Positions 1 to 12,485 of a stretch of 64,000 nucleotides of DNA are shown here, piece by piece. A model generated the notes under the pieces. The model made no database searches, was not told where the DNA came from, and saw only the letters and a program-made list of their open reading frames with translations. Origin of the DNA: the human T2T-CHM13v2.0 reference genome, Homo sapiens. The stretch lies in assembly GCF_009914755.1 (NCBI RefSeq), contig NC_060927.1; one strand, written 5' to 3'. Each line of letters starts with the position of its first letter. The stretch's first letter is position 1. A program made the translations under genes and the position numbers.

Positions 1-2084
1 GATGTAACTCCTTTAGCCAGAATGCAAGGAAATTTAGTATTTGGAAGAGACAAGATCATCTGGACACATTTCCTGATGAATGCCTGGTAATTGGTGTATT
101 TCTGATAAAACTCAGGGTACTCGCTGCTTAGTTGTTAAAATAAAAGATGAAAGGTAAAAAGCAAAAGGATCAGCCAAGGGCAATTAATGCCTAACTGGCC
201 CTGAAGAAAAGTTCACTGGCCCAGTAGTAGCAATCCTTCCAAAATGAGATAAGCACATTTCCTACCAAGAAAATATCATAAAACCTGAACTGTCCAAAAC
301 TCAACATCCCCTTCTCTCTCAAGGCATTTTCATGGCAACCTTAATTTTTATAAAATAATAATAATTGGCCAAATTCATTTTATAAAACATAAACTCCCTA
401 AAAAGAGTCTATTCAAAGATTGAAACTAGGCTTTTGTATTGAGCAGTTGGGTGAATTAAAATCTCTGACCAATAAAGCGCTTATTTCTAAATTTTCAGCA
501 AGGCTGAGACATCGTAAGTCACTGTTTTCCACATTGAACTGAAAAACCAAAGACAGGAGACCAGGGAAGAGCAGGGTTTTCTGCTCCTCTTGCCCTAGGA
601 TCTGCCCAGAGGTGATGAGCACGCTGGGCTTTTGACCAGGACTAAAAGGCAAAAAGACTGTTGGTGAGACTGGAAAAAAAACAGATCCCTCCCCCCGTGG
701 CTGCTCCACTCCCAAAGTTTCCCAAGCATCTGAAGCGTGTATGGCAGCTGCGGTGCCCAGCCTTCCCGCTGCTTTTAAGGAGGCCACCCAGCTCCCTGGG
801 TCATTGGGTCTTCAGTTGCAGCAGCGCCCAGAAGCAGGTGTGGCAACCTCAGGTTGCTTGAGCCCCAAATACCCAACTTGCTCAACAGCCTGTGCATAAC
901 CTCAAAGATAGGCCTCAAGGTCCGCTGAAGATGCATTTTGTCTTTACTCTTTCTAGGAGAGGCCACAACACACCCTGTGTCGCAGCAAGGAGAACCATGA
1001 CCAGAAAGAAAGCGGACGCCAAGAGGCACGAGCCCAGGCTTCCCACAGGGCACATCCTCAGAGAAAGGAGGAGCCTGCTGGATGGAGCTTTTAGATTTTC
1101 CTTGCCAAAGCTGAGCCTAGAACGTGTAGGGGTGGGAGAAGCCCCAGTCTGGCCTGAATGAGGATGCGGCAAGCCCGCATTTAGCCATGCAATTGTGTTC
1201 CCTTTCCTATTTCGCCTGGCTAGCGTGGATTTAGGGAGCGGCTTCTGAAAGAAGTATACACCCGGTGGCACAGAAGGTGCAACCAGCAGCCAGAGGTCAT
1301 CTCGCCCTCCCGGCAGGCTTCTCCTGGAACCCCGGAAGCCAGGCAGCGCTGACCAGCCCAAACGGCATGCCGAGGTGTTGGCTTTGAATGAAAGCTGATG
1401 AACCTAAACGCCAGGGCACAGAGTGATTGGGCTGCACACTGCGAGATAATACATTTTCTGCACCAAGCTCCCTTTTTATGCCCAAATGCCTGCATTAGTC
1501 TGGATCAATATGCCCCATAACAGTTAATCCATGGCAACCCAGGCCAGCCCAGAGACACCGACAAAGAAGTGCCGCCCAGGGATGCTGCCTCGCTGTGCAC
1601 ATGCATGTGAATTCCGGCCCAGAGAAAGAGGCGGAGGCAAAACCACCACCACCAACAGAAACCAAAAAGGGGGAGGAAAAAAAGAGCAGATGGTAAAAAA
1701 ATACCCCAATATTAAAGGGCTTTTACCATGGCAGGGAAGGGGTGGAGGTAGTGACTATCAAAATGGCCTTAGAGTGACATGTCACCGCCAAGATGATGGG
1801 GTATCAGCGACACTCCTAAAGTCAGGCATAGGATCCTCCTCACACACCTGCAATGCAGAGACTGCTGCCCATTCCATAATCCACACTCCCAGCCCCAGCG
1901 CTATCTGCAGTTGAAACCAGTCCGGACTTGTGCGGCTGCCACTGTTACTCCTCACAAAAAGATTATTGATGCATAACATTTCATAATGGCAGAGAGGAAA
2001 ACGGGGGGCAGCGGGGGATGGGAACCAGAACAAGAGAAAAACGAAAGGGGAGGAGAAGGAAAACTCTCCCAGCCCGCATCTCAC
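1..2084 (-). other. SRGAP3: 5' portion of SRGAP3 intron 1
   Basis: Follows the canonical GTGAGA donor; largely repeat-free and moderately CpG-rich; no further SRGAP3 coding sequence in the window. Confidence 0.9.
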
Positions 2085-2151
2085 CTTTTATTTGGGCTTC
2101 ATATTCAGCAATGATCTCTTTGTCTTTCTTGAACTTAGTTTGAGATGACAT
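2085..2151 (-). CDS. SRGAP3: SRGAP3 first coding exon (67 nt, 22 codons + 1 nt, phase-1 intron); N-terminus of the F-BAR/RhoGAP/SH3 protein srGAP3 (MEGAP/WRP)
   Basis: Minus-strand translation MSSQTKFKKDKEIIAEYEAQIK matches the srGAP3 N-terminus; ATG at 2151-2149 in context cagaagATGt (A at -3); ends at AAG|GTGAGA splice donor (GT at 2084-2083). Confidence 0.96.
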
Positions 2152-2890
2152 CTTCTGACGTGGCCAAAGGAACTGACAGGCTGTTTGATTTATTTCTCCT
2201 TTTCTTTTCGAGTCCTCTCTCAAGCCCTGGTAATCACACAGCTCTGGTCGATTTCACAGGTTTAGGGACTAATCTCTTTCACTTGGCTGCAGAGCAGGGA
2301 GAAAAATCCTTCTCCTTCTGGAAGGAAAAATCTCTTTACTTGCCGAGAAATGGCTCTAGTAGCTTGCCCTGGTCAGCTCCTCTTGCAAAAGAAGAATCAC
2401 CCTAGGAGCACAGTAACCTGCCCCAGATTTTCAAAGATTTTTCTTCCAAAAATAATAATAATAGTAATAACCAAGCGCACTCACACACACATGCACACGT
2501 ACACACACTCACGCATGCACAGGCACACTCACCGGGACACGCACACAGTTGTGCTGTGCACACAGGCATACACACACACACCCTCACACGCACACACACT
2601 CGCTGGATCACTCACACACACACATCCACGAGAGGCGCGGCGCCTCTTTGGTCGTGCAGCCAGCCCCTGGCTTGCTTTTGAAGGCTCTGCTAAGTCGATG
2701 GTCAGGTTGCCAAAGGGCCGGTCATCTCGCATCCTCCCTCCCTTCGGTGCCTCTGGTCTGATGTCCAGTGAGGATCAAAGCCAGGAGAGCGAGATGGAAG
2801 TTTTCCTGCTGCAACGCTTAAGCTCCGGTGAACACAAGGCTGGACTGCTCGCCCTGCAGGGCTGGCTGAGCTCTCCCCCACTGCTCACGT
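2152..2890 (-). other. SRGAP3: SRGAP3 exon-1 5' UTR (upstream boundary approximate)
   Basis: Continuous unique sequence upstream of the ATG; TSS inferred ~30 nt downstream of a minus-strand TATA motif. Confidence 0.6.
2476..2630. repeat. Imperfect (CA)n/(TG)n alternating purine-pyrimidine tract in the SRGAP3 5' UTR
   Basis: cgcactcacacacacatgcacacgtacacacactcacgcatgcac...cacacacacatcc. Confidence 0.9.
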
Positions 2891-2960
2891 CACTAGACTC
2901 CGCCTCCCGGATTTTATAACAACTGACACATTGTAGCCTACAGGAGAGCAGAACTCACTG
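2620..2960 (-). promoter_or_regulatory. SRGAP3: SRGAP3 proximal promoter / TSS region
   Basis: Local CpG enrichment; minus-strand TATAAAA at 2918-2912, GC-box-like GGGAGGCGGAG at 2908-2898, CRE-like TGACGTGA at 2892-2885. Confidence 0.6.
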
Positions 2961-3359
2961 CAAGCAAAAAGGGGAAGAAACGCTCACAAAAGGGAAGGCA
3001 GCAGGAAAAGTAATCGGGTTGGTAAGTCTTGAGAGGCTTCTGCAAACTCCAAACATTAGCACTTGGGTTAGGGATTTTTCTTCCAAAAACTTAAGATCCT
3101 CCCTTTTTTTGCACTGTGCAATTTAATTCAGTTTCTGGAATCAACAGCTATATGATGGTTTGTCACTCTACTGGGATAGTCTAGCAGAGGGCCTGACCCA
3201 TGTAGGGAAAAGCATCAATATTTGTTGAGCAGTTACTTGGTGGCAGAGACGATGCGAGGAGTTAAAGGCATGCAGCTTAGCAAAGCCACGCAGAGCAGGC
3301 ACACTGGAGGCAGAACAGCTGGGTGGGTCATTGGCTTGTGGGGCTCTGGGCAAATTCAT

Positions 3360-4010
3360 AAGTCAGACTGAGCCTCAGTTTCCTAGATAGTAAAATCAGC
3401 TCTCTTTGGAGGCTATGTTATTCATTCTTTCAACAGATATTTACTGAATGCTTACTATAGGTCTAGCACCGTTCTGGGTACAGGGATACAGCAATGATCA
3501 GAACTGGCACACACAAAAATCCCTGACCTTCTGAAGCTCCCGGGGCTCCACATCACACAACTCCAGGAGTTTCCACCATTCATGCTAATATTCTTAGTAA
3601 AAAGCACCCCTGGAGTAGAAAGCATTGTGAATGGTGCCCCCTGGAGTTGTACGAGGCAAGAGGCCCTGGGAGAGGAAGACCAAAAATAAGCACAGTAAGT
3701 ATATTATATAATATCATACAAAATGTAAAGTGCTATGGGAAAAAATATTGCAGGGTAAGGAACATCGGGAATGAGAGGAGCTCTTGAAAAGATCAAAGAA
3801 AAATGCAAAGCTAAGCTTAGCACAGTCTCTGGTGCATAGCAAGCACTCAATAAACAGTAGCAACTGTTATTACCCTTTTATATTCCCCAACAACCTAACA
3901 ACATAGGTATAAGCACCACTCTTTCACAGACAAAGGAGCAGAGGCTCAGATATGGGAAGTGACTTACCCAAGGTCACCAGCCTTCCAAACCAGGCTCAAA
4001 GTCTCCTGCA
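3360..4010. mobile_element. Old MIR and L2 fragments
   Basis: ctgagcctcagtttcct (MIR); ttcattctttcaacagatatttactgaatgcttacta (L2 3' end, minus); gaggctcagatatgggaagtgacttacccaaggtcac (MIR core). Confidence 0.7.
3541..3668. mobile_element. MER91-like palindromic hAT-Tip100 MITE
   Basis: Inverted arms caactccaggagtttccaccattca ... tgaatggtgccccctggagttgt, ending ggccctg. Confidence 0.65.
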
Positions 4011-5217
4011 TTCTACAAGGGAGACCAAACCCATTTCATGTGGAATTAAGGTAGAATAAGATTCATTCTGTAAAAACTGAGTCAAGCACTAAAGAGTCGC
4101 TGATCACTGGAATTTCATATGCTAAGATTGTCACTAATGTGTATTGGCCCCTGACTGTCCCCTGAGATAAATGTTCCCAAATTTCTCAAAATAGGTATAG
4201 TCTTCCATTTGCCTTTTTCTGAGTCTATAATAAATGATTCTGTTTGGACTCAGAAATGAATAGGTTATCCATGCTAGTCCATCAAGGCTTCCTAGAGGAC
4301 ATGGCAGCTGCAGTGGGCGTCCCCAGGCAAGTATGGCAAAGGGAGTGAGGCGGGGCAGGATGTTCTCCTGGAGCACACAGCATGAGCTGGGGCCCACAGG
4401 TGGCAAAGCACAAGACCTGCTTGGAGCAACGACAGGGAGAAGTCCAACTGGTGAATCATGGGGCTTATTATAGCCTTGTACCCGGAGGCAGGAGGTCACC
4501 AGTTCAGAAATAGATGCCACTGGCCCGCAGCCCTTGCCATCACCCCACTGCCTCACGCCTCCCCTGGACATGTTCAGGCCCTTTGCTGTCCTCTTCTAAC
4601 TAGTTCAAACCCACAAAAGCCCCACGTTACCTGAGAAAGATGGGCACAGAGATTAACATCCCTGCTGCAAGTCTAGATTCTTCAAGAAAAATGAAAGTTA
4701 AAACCATACACCTTGGAGTACGACAGACTGGATCCTCTCCTGGCTCTGCCACGAGCCTTGAGCTCATGAGAACTTGAGCAAGTGGCTCAACCTGCTTGTG
4801 TGCCCACTGGTGGCAGGAACTCAGTAAATGTCAGCTATTTTCACCATTATTAAAATTTTAAATCCACAAATAGTTCTAGGAGACCTATGTGTAGGGTGCT
4901 GAGCCATGGAAATGTCACAAAAATGTCACAAAAAGCCATACAAAACCAAGGCCAAAGATGGTATAGCGCTCTGAGCTGACACCTGGCAGAGGCTGGGTTT
5001 TGGAGTAAGTCAGATGGTGGTTTACCTTCTGGCTCTGCTGTGCACCAGCTGTGTGTGGGGCTCATGGAGGAATACACCTTCTCTGAGTCTTGGTTTCCTC
5101 ATCTGTCATAGGGTAGTGATCCACCCATGGCACAGGATCCAACACGATCATGGATTTAAAGTGCCTGGCATAGAGCAGAAGTCTCACAGACATAATTTCT
5201 TTTTTAGAGCTGTGGAA

Positions 5218-5683
5218 ATGTGTTCTTCAACGTTGGAGGTGGGATCTGGTGGGCAGTGTTTGGATCATGGGGATGGATCCCTCAGGAATGGCTTGGTGTC
5301 CACCCCACGGTAATGGGTTCACAAGAGATCTGGTTGATGAAGAGTCTGGGACCTCGCTCCTCTTCCTTGCTTCCTCACTCACCATGTGATATGCCTGCAC
5401 CTTCCACCATGATTGGAAGCTTCCTGAGGCCTCATCAGAAGCCAAGCAGATGCTGGTGTTATGCTGGTATAGCCTGCAGAACCATGAGCCAAATAAAACT
5501 TTTTTTTTTCTCAAGATGGGGGTCTCACCATGTTGGGCAGCCTGGTCTCAAGCAATTCTCCCACCTCAGCCTCCCGAAGTACTGGGATTGCAGAGTGAGC
5601 CACCACACCCAACCAAATAAAACTTTTTTCTTTAATTACCCAGCCCCAGGTATTCCTTTACAGCAATGCAAAATGGACTATAC
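5218..5683 (+). mobile_element. MST-family (MSTB-like) MaLR LTR interrupted by an Alu monomer
   Basis: gttggaggtggg..tggatcatggg..; accatgattggaagcttcctgaggcctc; ends gcaatgcaaaatggactataca. Confidence 0.8.
5500..5614 (-). mobile_element. Alu left-monomer (FLAM-like) insertion inside the MST LTR
   Basis: Alu left-arm sequence flanked by direct repeat ccaaataaaactttttt (5489 and 5613). Confidence 0.85.
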
Positions 5684-7710
5684 AGGGCCCAGCCAAGCCA
5701 GACCTAGGACTAGAGCTTGGTCTCCACAGATACCCAGATTGGGAAAAGGAAGAGAGGAAAAAAAAGAGGAAAAGGTCTGTGTCCCCTGAAAAATCCATCA
5801 CCACACACAATAAACCCACATCATCTGGAATCTTCTATCCCCAAGAAGATGTGGGTGTGACCTGGGCAGGCCCCCAGCACCAGGTCCTCACCCTTCCAGT
5901 CCTCCCCACAGCCCACCCCAGCCCTCCCGCTGCCCTCCTGTGACTCCTCCTCTGTGAGCCCACTTTTTCCTTGCTGTCTGAGAACCAACTGCTATTCCCA
6001 ATGTTTACCCTTCACATGGTAGTAACAGAAACCAGATTTGTCTCCAAATAAATGTGGTAGGTGTGAGGGGAGGGCCTCTACCATGTGATTTGATCTATGC
6101 CACCCACTAAGGACCAGAAAAGCCCCTGGAAGTGTTTATTCCATTTCCTTGGGGCTCATCTCCTGAATTCTTTTAGATTTTCCTAAATTATACTGATAGC
6201 TAGTATTTACCAAGTTCTCCCTGCACACAAGCACAGGGCCAAGCACTCTATGTAGATTTTATCACTGATTTTTTGCTACAGCCCCATGAGTCCAGTGATG
6301 TAAATCATCCTTGTTTTGAAGTTGGGTAAACGGAGGCCAAGAGCAGTGAAGCAAGTTACCCAAGATCACAAAGCTAGCTAGTAACTTAATTGCATTGAAG
6401 CCCAGGTATGGCTCATAGCGGAGCCCAAGGACTTAAACAGTGCACGATTCTATCCCGGAGGAATCAGCATAGGAATAATTGCTATCAAGTAATAACCCAT
6501 TTTTTCATTCCCTATAATTACATTGTTTCAATACGGAGTTCAACGTAAAGTTTTCCATTTAAAAAAAGAATTTGGGGTTAAAAATATAAGGAAAACATGT
6601 CACAAGTGACCACTAGTGAGGCATAAATTACAATAACAGCTAAACAATGCAAAACTCACTGAACCGGTTTCTTTTCCTGGTAGAAAGAAAAAAGGCTTCA
6701 TCTGAAGGAAAAGTGGCCAGAATAGTTTTTGGTTGAAAGTACTTTTATTTTTCTGGTCGAATATGAACACCTCCCCCTCGCCGAGATGACTAATTTTGTA
6801 ACATTCTCCACGTTGCTACCAGCAAATACATCCTTGGGCAGCTCAGTGAATAATTCTGCCCTTCAAGCCCTGCTCTGCAAAATGAAAGCAACAAGCAGAA
6901 CTCAGCTAGTTGATGGCAGATTTTAATAGAATTAATAGTGATGATGACAACATGCCTAATGTGTATATATTGCTTTATATTTTGTAAGGCTCTTTCATAT
7001 CATTTGTCGTATGTGGTCCTCACAATAACCCTGGGAGGGGACGGAATGGCAAGTAGGGCTGTTTTCAATACCTGTTTCATTGGTAAGGAAATACGTGGAT
7101 AAGCAGAGGTTTTGATGGTACAGTTGTTTTATAACCTCAAGTTATAAGGATGACCTTTCCAACTGTGTCACAAAACCCATTAGCTGGAAAAGCTGACAAA
7201 TTCAACCACAGAACAATACTTACAAAATTCTGCTTGACAAAAGCAAAGTCAAAGACCAATGGCAAGCTCAGAAACAATAGTTGCAACACCTATCATAGGC
7301 CAAAGAATAATTTTTCTAATATCAATTCAAACAAATACTCATACGTGAATATTCGTAGGAGCCCAATTCACAACAACCAAAAGATAGAAACAACCCAAAT
7401 GTTGTTTGAATGAATGGATAAACAAAAAATGGCATATCCATATGATGGAATATTACTCAGCCATAAAGAGAAATGAAGTACCAATACATGCTACAGTATG
7501 GAGGAACCTTAAAAATATTATGCTAAGTCAAAGAAATACACAGATTATATGAGTCCATTTATATGAAATATCCAGAATAGATATATCCATAGGAAATTCC
7601 ATCTCTATGGTCACAGAAGAGTGGTTGTCAGGGGCTAGAAAGAGCGAGGACAGGCAGTAGCTGCTTAATAGGAAGTACCAAGTTTCTTTGGTGATCATTA
7701 AGATGTTTTG

Positions 7711-8260
<550 letters not shown>

Positions 8261-8519
8261 CTAGACAGAGGTGACAGTTGTACAACATTGTGAATGGACT
8301 AAATGCCACTGAATTGTACACTTTAAAATGGTAAATTTTATGTTATGTGAATTTGACCTCAACAAAGAATAACTACTAAAAGAAAAGAAAGTTTCCACAA
8401 ATCTATGAGAATAATGCCAACCACCCAGTAGAAAAGTCAATTAAAGATATAGATATAAACAGCAGCTCCCAGAAAGGGAAATACACATGAAATGTTAGCC
8501 CACCTCACTCATAATGAAC

Positions 8520-8960
8520 ACAAGTCAGGCATGACTGGAAACACGGGCTCTAACAATGCCCACAGGACACTGTGTCTTCCTCCTGCTCTCCATTCTGCCT
8601 CTGTATGGTGGCAGGCTCTCCCTGTAAGATGGCAAAGATGGCCCCCAAAACCCCCAAGCTTACATTCTCACAGGTTGGCAATCCTGGCAAGGAAGGCAAA
8701 GTCTCTCCCAGGAGTTCCAGCAAAAGTTTTGGAATGGTCAGCTGGCCCCTGCTGGGGCCCCTGGCTATCCCTGAACCAATCGCTGGAGCCAGGGGTGTTC
8801 TGCTTGGCCAGGCCTGTAGAGTGGGCTTGCCCTGGCACTTTGGGATGGAGTCAGTCCCGAACAATCCACATGGCCCCAAGAGGTGAGCCCCAGGAGCTCC
8901 CAAAGGAGGATCAGGGTGCTATTCCAGAAAGAGGAGGTTGGGCAAAGTCAACGTGTGTCT
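8520..8960. mobile_element. Old MLT1 (MLT1J/K-like) MaLR LTR
   Basis: ggcaaagatggcccccaaaacccccaagcttacat...ccctgaaccaatcgctggagccagggg. Confidence 0.55.
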
Positions 8961-9613
8961 GCTAACGAAAACAATGCAGGAAAGAAGGAAGATGGAGTAA
9001 TAGCTTGAAATTATCCAGCCTTGATACTTATAAAGCATCTTCTCATTTAGTATCATGATCCTCACACAGTCCTTTGAGATAGGTTATATTTTTCCCATTT
9101 TACAGTTGAGCAAATGAAGGCACAGGGAGGCTGAATGACTTTCCCAGCATCCCATGGCTCACAACAAATGGGAGAGCTGGGCAAGAAATCAAGTCACCTG
9201 ACCCTGCATCTGGTGTTTGTTCTCCCATCCACCCAGGTACCAGGCTCTACCGAGAGACCGTGCAATGCACACAGGAACCTCACAGGCCTCACACATGCTC
9301 TGTTCACCAGTCCCCGCTTCCTTAGGAAAGGATGGGAAATCAGTCTCTCAGCCATCAGGACCTGTCACGGAGCTGCTGGGCAATGCTGCCAAGGTCCTCT
9401 GGCTTTCTAAGAACATTCCCATTACTCAGCCCACATGTCTGCGTGTGTGTCCAAGGACTGGACAGCTTCAGTGACAGCAATTCACAGCTGAGCCCCAGAT
9501 CCTAATTCTGGAAGAACAGAAGTAAAGACTTCAAACACCCAAGCCCTTGACTACATTGCTAGCAAAGTTTGCTCATTTCCAGTGATGACAGGAAAGGCTT
9601 TAAATATCTCCCA

Positions 9614-10138
9614 CTGTAGAGGAGACCTCTGGCTCTGCAACTGCCTAGGAGAGTCTAGGTCCCTGATGGAGAGTTAGCTGGCCCTGTGGATATGCACCTA
9701 AACCATGTCCTGCAATCTAGCTTAAAGCTTACACTTTGAGAAGCAGAGTAACAAGAACAGTTTCTAGAGCTGATATTTGCAGCATGGCTTCCACTGGGTT
9801 TGAGGGAATGCTTGTTCCCTTGATGAGACCTTAGTCTGATGCACATTTCCAGCCATCCACTCCCCATCCCTCATCCACTCCTCCCCAGGGGAGGAAAAGT
9901 GACTTAGCTGATTGGTGAATTTGAGAGAGACTAAGTTCACACATTAATCTTCTCTTTTCAGCTCCGCCTGCATTCTGCCCCTGTGGAGGAGACCTCTGGT
10001 TCTGCAACTGCCTGGGAGAGTCTAAGTCGGTGATGGAGAGTTAACTGGCCTGGTGGACACATACCTACCATGTCCTGCAATCCAGCTTAAAGCTTACACT
10101 TTAAGAAACAGAATAACAAGAATAGATTCTAGAGCTGA
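9614..10138 (+). repeat. Diverged ~160-bp direct duplication (9614-9773 and 9981-10138)
   Basis: Manual alignment gives ~19 substitutions plus one 2-nt indel (~88% identity). Confidence 0.95.
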
Positions 10139-10374
10139 GTTTAAACCCTGGCTCCACCACTGATAAGCTGTGTGACCTTGGGCAAGTTGTTAGCTGGCAC
10201 CCAGTAAGTGCCACATAAGCATCTGTTAAAATCTCCATCTGTCTACATTCTTTATCTATTCCTCAGTTAGTTCAGAACCTAAATGGGAAAGAAAGGTGTT
10301 ATATATTGCCCCTATGAAAGCCCAACACAAAATAATTTACACCTTATATTTTTTTAATTCTAAAGCATGGGGTA

Positions 10375-10746
10375 TGCAATGGATTGAATGCTTGTGTCCC
10401 CTTAAAATTCATGGGTTGAAATTCTTACTCTCGATGTGATGCTATTTGGAAATGGTTTTGTGGGAGGTAATTAGGGTTAAATGAGGTCATGAGGATGGGG
10501 CCCTTATGATGGGATTAGTGCCCTTTGAAGGAAGACACCAAAGCGAGCTCTCTCTTTCTCTCTGCCCTATGAGGACACATTGAGAAGATGGTCATCTGAA
10601 AGCCAGGAAAAGAGACTGCTCCAGAACCTGACCATGCTGGCACCCTAATCTCAGATTTCCACCCTCCAGAACTGTGAGAAAATACATTTCTGATTTTTAA
10701 GCCCCCAAGTATATGGTATTTCTTTATGGCACCCTAAGCTAACACA
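10375..10746 (+). mobile_element. MLT1A/MLT1A0 MaLR solo LTR
   Basis: tgcaatggattgaatgcttgtgtcccc...ggtaattagggttaaatgaggtcatgagg...taagctaacaca. Confidence 0.85.
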
Positions 10747-10897
10747 TTCAGGTTAGGAAGCCTAAATAATGGTTGTTTGAAAAAAATAATAATAACAATG
10801 TGCAAAAGAAGGGCATAGGAAAAGAGAGTGGTCTACCAAATGCTATAAATAGATGATTTTTACGAATTCATTTACTCACTCATTAAACAAAATAGCT

Positions 10898-10899
<2 letters not shown>

Positions 10900-10930
<31 letters not shown>

Positions 10931-11207
10931 AGACAGTCTCACTCTGTCGTCCAGGCTGGAGCACAGTAGCATGATCTTGGCTCACTGCAACCTCTGCCTC
11001 CTAGGTTCAAGCAATTCTCCTGCCTCAGCCTCCTGAGTAGCTGGGATTACAGGCACCCACGACCGCGCCTGGCTAATTTTTGTATTTTTAGTAGAGACGG
11101 GGTTTCACCATCTTGGTGAGGCTGGTCTCGAACTCCTGACCTTGTGATCCACCTGCCTTGGTCTCCCAAAGTGCTGGGATTATAGGCATAAGCCACCACA
11201 CTTGGCC
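10900..11207 (-). mobile_element. AluS element
   Basis: Full dimer with poly-T; flanking direct repeat taaacaaaata (10884-10894, 11208-11218). Confidence 0.95.
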
Positions 11208-11209
11208 TA

Positions 11210-12480
11210 AACAAAATATATCTTAAGCACTCGATATAGTCTAGGCATTGAGATATGCACAATCATGAACTGGACAGAGATAGTTCCTACTGTTGTGAAG
11301 ACCTCAGTTTAATGGAAGAGACTGGTAAACAGGCAATTGTAATTCAACATTATGGAGAAGCACAGGGTCCCATGGGATCTCATGTAAGGGCACTTGACCT
11401 AGACTTGGAAACACAGAAGCGGTTTCTTGGAGGCGAAAATTTCTAAGCTGAGCTTAGAAAGACAAACAGCTGGAGAGAACCCACCCAAGTAGGGGAGGGA
11501 AAGTATTCCCAGCTAAGGGAACTGCATGAGCCAAGGGGACAATTGGTATAGCTGGAGCAGAGTGCCAGGCAGAGAGTGGGAGAGGTGATGCTGGACAGAG
11601 ACATGGGCTGGAGTGTGAGAAGCTTCCTAGGCTGTATTAACAAGCTCGGAGTTTCATCTGGGTTCCCCCAGGAGCCCTGAAGGGAACTGACATCAGATTG
11701 GCCTTTGAGGAAGGTGACTCTAGTGGCAGTGTGGAAACCAGACTAGAACAGGCAAGACAAGGAGCTAGAAAATATTTTGAGAGACAAAGATGGGTTAGAC
11801 AAGATGATGCCACGTACCATCATACTGAAAATACTGGCGACTTTATAGACACTAGCTCTCTGCATCCTCTTATCAGTGGCACCACATACCAGGTGCTATC
11901 ATTGCCCCCTGTATTTTCGGATGCAGAATTGAGCTACAACACGAATACTGCCTCCCTCTAGGGTTAGCTACTGCCCTTTCTCCGTGATCCCAAGGCCTCA
12001 ACTTCTCCCACCTGAACAGCTTTAGAGCTCCCTGCTGGTCCCTCTGTCTCTGATCGTGCCTCCCTCCTATTTGCGATCAACCCTGGAACCCGAGTGAGCT
12101 TTTCACGTGTGAATCAGATCATAATAATTTCCCGTGGGCAGCCTGCGATGTCCTCCTCGCACTTAAGAGTTGAATGCACGCTCCTCCCCATGAGCCCACG
12201 GGATTGGGCATCCGCCTCGCTCCTAAGCCCATCTCTTGCTTCTCTCCCTCTTGCTCCCTACTCCGGGCCATGCTTGGCCTTCTTATATTTCTGCAGTGCT
12301 CCCAGCACTTGCTATTCATTCAGATCCTCCCCGGGTCCTGGCTCCTGCGTCGCCTTCTCACACAGGCCCACCCAGACCACCCTAACCAAACGACTACTCC
12401 AGCACATTTCCCTGTTTCATTTTTTTTCATATGGCTACCACATTTGAAGTTATCTTATTTACCTACTTTGGTGGGGAGTG
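11210..12480. mobile_element. L2 LINE fragments
   Basis: Degenerate L2 3'-region motifs (taagctgagcttagaaa, gtgagcttttcacgtgtgaatcagatcat). Confidence 0.55.
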
Positions 12481-12485
12481 GGTAA

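Noticed and set aside
413-1914. Overlapping 60-150 aa ORFs in intron 1
   Set aside because: No recognisable homology and mostly non-ATG starts; expected by chance in GC-richer promoter-proximal DNA
1981-2223. 80-aa ORF as a standalone gene
   Set aside because: Only 2151-2085 is SRGAP3 coding; the rest is 5' UTR and read-through into intron 1 past the GT donor
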